The notes under the pieces are model-generated. The model was given only the letters and a program-made list of their open reading frames with translations, was not told the origin of the DNA and ran no database searches. This document shows, piece by piece, positions 9,901 to 14,987 of a stretch of DNA of 14,987 nt (positions are counted from its first letter, which is position 1; each line of letters opens with the position of its first letter). The DNA lies in assembly GCA_003345595.1 (NCBI GenBank), contig PRDI01000127.1, forward strand, positions 1 to 14,987, in the 5' to 3' direction. This DNA comes from Candidatus Thorarchaeota archaeon. Lineage in GTDB: Archaea; Asgardarchaeota; Thorarchaeia; Thorarchaeales; Thorarchaeaceae. A program made the translations under genes and the position numbers.

Positions 9901-12295
9901 GTTCAGTCCAACCACTTCGGGAACCTACCTTGTGACCATAGCGGCATCGATGCCATACTACACGCGCAGTTCTGACTCGTTCTTCCTGATTGTCAGTGAC
10001 ATATCTTCTGGGCTGGTGTCTGTCAACGGCACTTCGGCCTCTGTTCTGTACGGTCAGAGCTACCGGCTCGTCGTCCGCTACACCAACTCCTCCGGCTCTG
10101 GCCTAGATGATGCAGATGTGGGTTTAGAGTCAGTCAATCCGCCTCGTGCTCTGGAAGACCCTACGGTTGAGCCTCTGGGGCAGGGCAACTACTCAATTGT
10201 CCTAACACCCAAGCAGACAACGACCGCAACCGTTTTGATTAGTGCTAGATTGCCGAACCATCAGACCGCTTTTGTCACGTTTACGCTCACAACAATGGCA
10301 ATACCCTCTTTCCTCACAGTCGCGAACTCTACGGCTGTGACCACAATTGACCGCAGCTTCACGCTTTATCTGAAACTGCAGACCGAGAACAAGGTGGGAC
10401 TGGCGGGTGCTGTGATTGCGATCCAGAGTCCTCCAGCCGAAGTGGGTTTTGTAGATCCAGTGGATATGGGCGATGGTTTCTATGCCTTGACGATGATTCC
10501 GAATGAAATCGGAGCGTTTGACATCCTTTTGAGAGCGAGCCTTCCGAACTATCAAAATGCGTCGGCTGCATTCACGCTGAACATCGTCAGGATTCCTACG
10601 GCTCTTCGAGTTGCAGGTGGTCTTTCGTCTGCAACGGTCGGGTTTGGAGATACATACCCACTCCTCGTGATTTACGAGCGGACCGATATGATGCAGAGCG
10701 TCGCTGATGCTACAGTAGGTGTGCATGTATCCCCAGACGAGGGTCCCACATGGATCATTCAACAACTCAATGACTCCTATATCGTCAGGTTAGTGGCAGC
10801 GTCCTTGGGTAGGTGGACAATCACGATTTCTGCTGAGAAAGAGAACCACACTCAAGCATCAGTTCAGTTCGTACTTGATATCCTAACGATTGACACGGAA
10901 CTAGACGTTGGGGAGTCCTTCAAAACCGCATACTATGGTAGGACATACCAGTTCGTGCTAACATACCGTGTGCTGAGCAACCAGAGCGGCATCCCTTCAG
11001 CGAGCGTCCTCGTTTCGGGTGATGGATCTGACTGGATTTCCATTTATGACTTAGGAAATGGCAGCTACCGTGTGAATGTGACGCCTGTCGGCCTTGGGGA
11101 CTTCTCTCCTCTGCTGACTTTCGACAAACTTGGCTACGAATCCAAGGAGTCCAGACTTTCGTTCACAGTCGTGAGCATACCTCTGAAGGTTCAGGTCCTG
11201 AGTGGCCTATATGCCATTGAGGGTGTGCCCTTTGATGTCATAGTCAAGGTCACGGAGGAAGATACTGACACGCCCGTCAGTGGTGCCGCGGTTTCCTTCA
11301 GAATCTCCTCAGATCATGCAGGTGATTTTCTTCCCATGGTTGAAACTGAAACACCTGGCATATATAGCCGCCAATTCGTGATGTCGCTGTGGGTGGACCA
11401 GACAACCTATACACTGGAGATTGTTGTCATGAAGGACACCTATGAGCTCGATGGTGGGTTCTCCACCACCTTTCTCAAGGAACCGGACTTCACCGCTAGG
11501 ATGACACCTGTGGTTGCCACTACCGGGTCATTGGCTCTTGTGGTGCTCATATCGGCGTTCGGCCTTAGAGTCATCAGAAAACGGCGAAGGCAGCGCAATA
11601 TAGATGCCCTTAGTGTCAAGAAACGCTTCGATGACATCTCCAATATACTTGGCATAATCGTATTGCACAAGGTCAGTGGGGTCCCCGTGTACTCCAAGAT
11701 CCTGAGAGGTGGTTTCGAGGAGGGCGTGATTTCGGCTTTCATTTCCGCCATCACTCACTTCAGGTCGGAGTTCGGAATGGATGAGAGTCACTGGGAGTAC
11801 GAAGTGATCCCAATCTCAGACATAATCAGCGCCGTCGCGACCAGGAACCTGATTTGTGCCTTTCTGACTGTCGCAGCACCATCAGTAGCTCAGCAGGTAA
11901 AGATGGAGGCGTATGCGAGGTCTTGTGGCGCTATGTTTGATGACTTGCTTGGAAACGTTCAGGGGCAGGCTCTCGATGAGGAAACCGTGAAGGCGCTCGA
12001 CTCCCTGTTCTATGACCTCATGGATGGCGACCTCTTGGCTCTATACAAGCGGAGATGGGAGGCTGCGTTGCCACGACGGTTGAAGTGTCTTCAGGCAACT
12101 GCATCCTTCATTGAGAGACCGGATGGCTTCTTGCTTGGCGAACTGGCGAAGGGGATGACTTCCTGTGGGATTGAAGAGAGCTATGCATACAAGCTCATCT
12201 TAGAGGCAATACAGAACCAATTCCTCGTCAAGGCGGAAAGAGCAAACGAGGCGGCTAGCACCCAGCTTGTGGATGGGAAAACAGAATCATCCTGA
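6959..12295 (+). CDS. Giant single-pass membrane glycoprotein B (~1778 aa), paralog of A with the same architecture and one fewer Ig-like module
   Basis: 5.3-kb ORF collinear with protein A. ATG at 6959 has GAGGAAGG upstream (6941-6948) and is followed by MQCRRCAAVILLFTCLTQLAVVVGV. TM at ~11501-11566 followed by RVIRKRRRQR. C-terminal domain begins ILGIIVLHKVSGVPVYS...VISAFISAITHF. Confidence 0.9.
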   Translation: MQCRRCAAVILLFTCLTQLAVVVGVPTWNLPLISSDPFGSNPEKDTEYDQDGATPSEPIASAAQRTSLVRSFLAAGEETSGTLNPVPVEQRGYAASGNLSARTDTRTNINTSLAIDQEHGWEGSLAEVQVWNLTRLYAVNGSFDTGSPGSNTNPNGSVAYHPSSWDSISNSTNTGQTQVSSYDSGANSYTSVENQGVKTGSSGKRYIHYAGTRVLWTQNAVNLPMITQFYLSFRYLYLRGPLGSTTPGDCSIAAFVNNASVWSLKLPDVGQRGVWYSTGRVLLNLSAVGATFTLMIGLVIDEDMDLNADQGYAGGIVNTVYITAYLDDILLAGANPPGFSAVSLTFSAGAMTASISGSSGSGSASISNPAYWTADPLTVGITSNTSVSFDYEARLLSHYVSNSTWSTDIGKVGVSYETNLWSSVDVSLFTYLGSLGNYEDFLISLTVPLDWDNVTVYDPFLVNVTGQCLVTSGQVVVPQGVLSRLGWWQLRFQAPNYLNAVVTQKYDSQSGSWSNESVFRPANETRALLHIGTQESVPEDLSNGSVTWILPNGSVWADWPFSGGASGWINTSSYVIDSSAAGSWSVVVFWINGSEVAYGDAPLDVYHGATLSAVYQEIETDAGFAVTNLVRFVDSENGRYLMDDFVTIVGNWSGADTAFSPNLVKNWWEGIFDTSLVEPGTYVVRVNASRPFYDESYCLFVIRSTAATRLASPNSPWTSCAWYSTIQLIFSYEVLDAETHVWSPVMNSTGEVRVDLNWTLGRWSVSQNATSGIYEFMLDTAARPSGNWLLNVSFTKLSHQPQQMFLMLLVSPVVTTLTVYGPTSAQVDINQEHSLKVIYADSGGVPIGAANVTVDDVSPPEGLQFSPTTEVPSESGNYTLSLTPKHPGVFTVRLVAAKNGSQTATAVFVLVVNDIASTLSITTGDSAVIGFTDVYTAMFRYEMVNGSGVEDAVIAIVFSGPTGGLEWSVPVQTGAGNYSVEFSPTTSGTYLVTIAASMPYYTRSSDSFFLIVSDISSGLVSVNGTSASVLYGQSYRLVVRYTNSSGSGLDDADVGLESVNPPRALEDPTVEPLGQGNYSIVLTPKQTTTATVLISARLPNHQTAFVTFTLTTMAIPSFLTVANSTAVTTIDRSFTLYLKLQTENKVGLAGAVIAIQSPPAEVGFVDPVDMGDGFYALTMIPNEIGAFDILLRASLPNYQNASAAFTLNIVRIPTALRVAGGLSSATVGFGDTYPLLVIYERTDMMQSVADATVGVHVSPDEGPTWIIQQLNDSYIVRLVAASLGRWTITISAEKENHTQASVQFVLDILTIDTELDVGESFKTAYYGRTYQFVLTYRVLSNQSGIPSASVLVSGDGSDWISIYDLGNGSYRVNVTPVGLGDFSPLLTFDKLGYESKESRLSFTVVSIPLKVQVLSGLYAIEGVPFDVIVKVTEEDTDTPVSGAAVSFRISSDHAGDFLPMVETETPGIYSRQFVMSLWVDQTTYTLEIVVMKDTYELDGGFSTTFLKEPDFTARMTPVVATTGSLALVVLISAFGLRVIRKRRRQRNIDALSVKKRFDDISNILGIIVLHKVSGVPVYSKILRGGFEEGVISAFISAITHFRSEFGMDESHWEYEVIPISDIISAVATRNLICAFLTVAAPSVAQQVKMEAYARSCGAMFDDLLGNVQGQALDEETVKALDSLFYDLMDGDLLALYKRRWEAALPRRLKCLQATASFIERPDGFLLGELAKGMTSCGIEESYAYKLILEAIQNQFLVKAERANEAASTQLVDGKTESS

Positions 12296-12604
12296 AGTGC
12301 ACCACTCATCTTCTGCTGGGTAGTGCAGCCTGCCGACATACTGCATCTTGTCACTGGCATCGGGCTTTGGTCTTCGAGATCGGGTTCGCGTCCACTCCGC
12401 CTCTGCATTCACCGGACCGAAGTCGTTCATTCCTGTGACAGCGTTTTCCTACCCTGTCCCCTCTCCTTCTAGTGGACCGACTCTTGAGTGCACTTGAGTC
12501 GCGTGCGTAGATGCTCTCAGGAGGCCTAGCCACGAGGGTCATACTCACATGGTCCGGACGTGATACTATGGTATTACCTTAGTATCTTGTATGTTGTATC
12601 AAGC

Positions 12605-12611
12605 TTTAATA
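12605..12611 (+). promoter_or_regulatory. Candidate archaeal TATA box (TTTAATA) upstream of the small ORF
   Basis: TTTAATA lies in a locally AT-rich stretch, ~65 nt upstream of ATG 12676. It could also read as TATTAAA on the minus strand. Confidence 0.35.
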
Positions 12612-12675
12612 GCAACGCAGAGGAAGTAGAGGGTAGTTGTACCGCGCAGTTCGGATATGAACGGAGACACGAATC

Positions 12676-12828
12676 ATGGCCCACAACATACGCACCAAGA
12701 CAAGACCCGCGTCGACTCTGCAGAGAAACGCGCAGGTTCTGCACGTTCTATACGGACTCCTTGACAGCGACAAGGAACCCACTGATGCCGACGCAGAGAA
12801 GCTCAGATACCTCTATGCGAGTTCCTAG
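12676..12828 (+). CDS. Small hypothetical protein, 50 aa (MAHNIRTKTRPASTLQRNAQVLHVLYGLLDSDKEPTDADAEKLRYLYASS)
   Basis: Translated by hand; it is below the size of the smallest ORF in the track. GGAGA lies 8 nt upstream of the ATG, a TATA-like box lies further upstream, the sequence has a two-amphipathic-helix pattern, and a hairpin follows downstream. Confidence 0.55.
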   Translation: MAHNIRTKTRPASTLQRNAQVLHVLYGLLDSDKEPTDADAEKLRYLYASS

Positions 12829-12905
12829 GCACTTTCACGCTCCTCATTTCATATGAGGCCAGATCGTTGTCTCCATGCGTGCACCTCCCGGCAAGCAAAG
12901 AGACA

Positions 12906-12938
12906 GTGGGGGCAGACTGAAAATCGGTCTGCCCTCAC
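12906..12938 (+). other. 15-bp stem-loop (GTGGGGGCAGACTGA-AAA-TCGGTCTGCCCTCAC); possible terminator, stability element or operator
   Basis: 13 Watson-Crick pairs plus 2 positions that are both G-U on the + strand transcript, with a 3-nt loop. Confidence 0.6.
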
Positions 12939-13099
12939 AAATCCTCTCCTCTAATCGGAAGGAATCAGACATCTCATTCTAGTCCGTTATGGTTAATGCG
13001 TAAGGAAACAATCGTCGCCATGATTGATTCTTAGTGATGTATCTGAATCGCTGGAGATAAGGGCGGGATATGTCAATATGAATAGCCAGATGTTCTACA

Positions 13100-14410
13100 A
13101 TGCTGGAGAAGTATAGGCAGTCAACCCCGACTTCGAATGAGTTGTTCAAACGCGCTCTTCGGTTGTTTGCAGGTGGGGTGAACCACAACATTCGCACATT
13201 TGGACTTGTGCACTCCGGGGCATATCCTCCATTCATGCGTGCTGGCAAGGGCAGTCACGTCTGGGATGTTGATGGCAATGAATATGTTGACTGGTGGATG
13301 GCTCACTACTCGGCCATTCTGGGTCACAGTCATCCGAGAGTCATGAAGGCTATCAGTGCACAGCTGATGAATGGGTGCCACCTCGGAACCCTAAATGAGC
13401 AGCAGGTTGTCTTTGGAGAGAAGCTGCAGGAAGCCATCCCATCTATGGCCAGAATGCGTTTCTGTTCCACAGGAAGTGAGGCTACGATGTACGCAGTCCG
13501 TCTCGCACGCCTTCATACTGGAAAACCTTTGGTCGCAAAAGCGCTGGGTGGCTGGCACGGCGGCAACGACACATTAGCATACCATCTCAAGTACCCGTTC
13601 AACGACGAACCCTTCTATAACGGCGTCTCCTTCGACTTCAATGACCGCGATAGCGTTGACAATATGATCAAGAAGCACGGGAATGATCTGGCCGCGATAA
13701 TCGTTGAACCAGTGCTGGGAGCTGGCGGGGGCATCCCTCCAGAGCCCGGGTTTCTGCCACACCTCAGAGAGATCACCAAAGCACATGACATACTCCTAAT
13801 CTTTGATGAAATCGTAACAGGCTTCCGGCTTCGATATGGGTCAGCTGGAAAGGAGTTGTTCGGCGTTGAGCCGGATCTCACTACGCTTGGCAAGATTGCT
13901 GCAGGCGGTATGCCCCTTGGGGTGTACGGGGGAAGAGAGGATGTAATGTCATTGGCTGCTCCGGGAGCTGAGCGAGGTCGCTGGGTCGGAGGCGGAACGT
14001 TCTCAGCTCATCCTCTGACAATGGCCGCCGGAGCGGCGACTCTGGATCAGCTCCGGTCGATGAGAGGGGAATATGATGCTCTCAACAAGCGTGGGGATCG
14101 ATTTCGGGTCCGCGTCAACGAGGTGTTTGAGAAGATTGGAGTGAATGCTCTCGCAACAGGTTTCGGCTCAATAGTATTCATTCATTGGTTCAAACATAGA
14201 CTTGACAGCCGGCCTCTCACAGGTGGCAACATCGGAGAAGCTCTGAACCACGACCGCTTGGACCTCTTCCAGAGTCTGTTGCTCGAAGAAGGTGTGCTTG
14301 GCTACCATGGCCTAGGCGCAGCGTCGTTTGCACACTCGGACGGGGACATAGAGAAGACCCTCAGGGCCATCGAGACGGTGAGTCGGAAGATGCAGACGAT
14401 TAAAGAGTGA
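13100..14410 (+). CDS. hemL: Class-III PLP-dependent aminotransferase, glutamate-1-semialdehyde 2,1-aminomutase-like
   Basis: Motifs GGVNHNIR, WDVDGNEYVD, ILGHSHP, STGSEATMYAVRLAR, LIFDEIVTGFR, PDLTTLGKIAAGGMP (PLP lysine) and GGTFSAHPL. The family call is secure; the exact substrate is less so. Confidence 0.8.
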   Translation: MLEKYRQSTPTSNELFKRALRLFAGGVNHNIRTFGLVHSGAYPPFMRAGKGSHVWDVDGNEYVDWWMAHYSAILGHSHPRVMKAISAQLMNGCHLGTLNEQQVVFGEKLQEAIPSMARMRFCSTGSEATMYAVRLARLHTGKPLVAKALGGWHGGNDTLAYHLKYPFNDEPFYNGVSFDFNDRDSVDNMIKKHGNDLAAIIVEPVLGAGGGIPPEPGFLPHLREITKAHDILLIFDEIVTGFRLRYGSAGKELFGVEPDLTTLGKIAAGGMPLGVYGGREDVMSLAAPGAERGRWVGGGTFSAHPLTMAAGAATLDQLRSMRGEYDALNKRGDRFRVRVNEVFEKIGVNALATGFGSIVFIHWFKHRLDSRPLTGGNIGEALNHDRLDLFQSLLLEEGVLGYHGLGAASFAHSDGDIEKTLRAIETVSRKMQTIKE

Positions 14411-14444
14411 TACCCGGCCCAGCAGCAGTCTGGCTGGCAAGAGA

Positions 14445-14987
14445 ATGACTGGAGTCGTGAATCGGTTGAGGTACGAGTGCGTGAAAGCGAAGTCACTTCT
14501 GTCAAAGCAGATCGTTGCAGACAGCTGGTTCCACGTCAACCGTTCTCTCAACGGGTACCGGGGTTGCGAACATGGTTGTGTCTACTGTGATGGTATGTCC
14601 GAGAGTTATCACGTTGACGATTTCTTCACCTGTGTCCGCGTCAAGGAGAACGCGGCCGAGGTACTGCGCCGCGAGTTGAAGAAGATTGGCTACACTGCTA
14701 CGTCGGAACTTGAAAGTGAAACCCTGTTCAAGTTTCTTGACCAAGAAGACGCGGCGAGTCTTTCGAGGCGGTCGCTCAGGAAGCAAGTGATAGGGGTCTG
14801 TGGAGGGGTCTCAGATGGCTACCAACAGGCTGAAGGAGAGCACAAGGTCACTCGAAAGAACTTGGAGGTCCTACGTGATTTCGGACTGCCCGTGTTTGTT
14901 CTGACCAAATCTGACCTCGTGCTAAGAGACCTCGACATTCTAAAGGAGATACATGAACGGGCGTTCGCCAACGTCACGTTCACCATT
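14445..14987 (+). CDS. Radical SAM protein, SplB/spore photoproduct lyase-like (COG1533-type); 3'-truncated by the window edge
   Basis: Manual translation from ATG 14445 is open for 181 codons to the window end: ...SLNGYRGCEHGCVYCDG (CxxxCxxC at 14565-14588)...VRVKENAAEVLRREL...GGVSDGYQQAE...TRKNLEVL...VLTKSDLVLRDLDILKEI. Not in the ORF track because it has no stop in the window. Confidence 0.9.
   Translation, partial: MTGVVNRLRYECVKAKSLLSKQIVADSWFHVNRSLNGYRGCEHGCVYCDGMSESYHVDDFFTCVRVKENAAEVLRRELKKIGYTATSELESETLFKFLDQEDAASLSRRSLRKQVIGVCGGVSDGYQQAEGEHKVTRKNLEVLRDFGLPVFVLTKSDLVLRDLDILKEIHERAFANVTFTI

Noticed and set aside
684-11791. Many short antisense or alternate-frame ORFs, including paired ones (2214-2480/8467-8733, 2547-2765/8803-9018, 5565-5774/11440-11754) and 10202-10765
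   Set aside because: These are shadows of the giant genes. Their pairing simply reflects the paralogy.
12560-12856. 98-aa + strand ORF, and the minus-strand ORFs at 12181-12408 and 12351-12548
   Set aside because: No recognisable motifs and low protein-likeness. The 98-aa ORF overlaps the better-supported 50-aa ORF in another frame.
12840-12960. SECIS-like element around the hairpin
   Set aside because: No AUGA/GA core flanks the stem, and no neighbouring gene shows an in-frame UGA continuing into conserved sequence.
1-14987. CRISPR array, tRNA/rRNA, IS element or integrase
   Set aside because: No regularly spaced short repeats, cloverleaf, terminal inverted repeats or transposase/recombinase motifs were seen.

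Overview
Archaeal window, most likely Asgard (Thorarchaeia-like; inferred from protein architecture, not verified by search). All supported genes are on the + strand. In order: (1) the 3' part of a FolE2/MptA-family GTP cyclohydrolase cut by the left edge; (2) a giant (~1880 aa) single-pass surface glycoprotein; (3) a frameshifted relic of the mptA 3' end; (4) a paralogous giant (~1780 aa) protein; (5) a probable 50-aa small protein missed by the ORF track, followed by a strong hairpin; (6) a HemL-like class-III aminotransferase; (7) a SplB-like radical SAM gene cut by the right edge, also absent from the ORF track. The most interesting element is the pair of receptor-like proteins. Each has an N-terminal signal, a CBM-like jelly-roll, 9-10 Ig/filamin-like repeats, one TM helix, a cytoplasmic longin/roadblock-like domain and a winged-helix-like tail. 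The locus also records its own history: an (mptA 3' end + giant gene) unit present twice, a 300-bp internal module duplication, and patchy sequence homogenisation between the paralogs.
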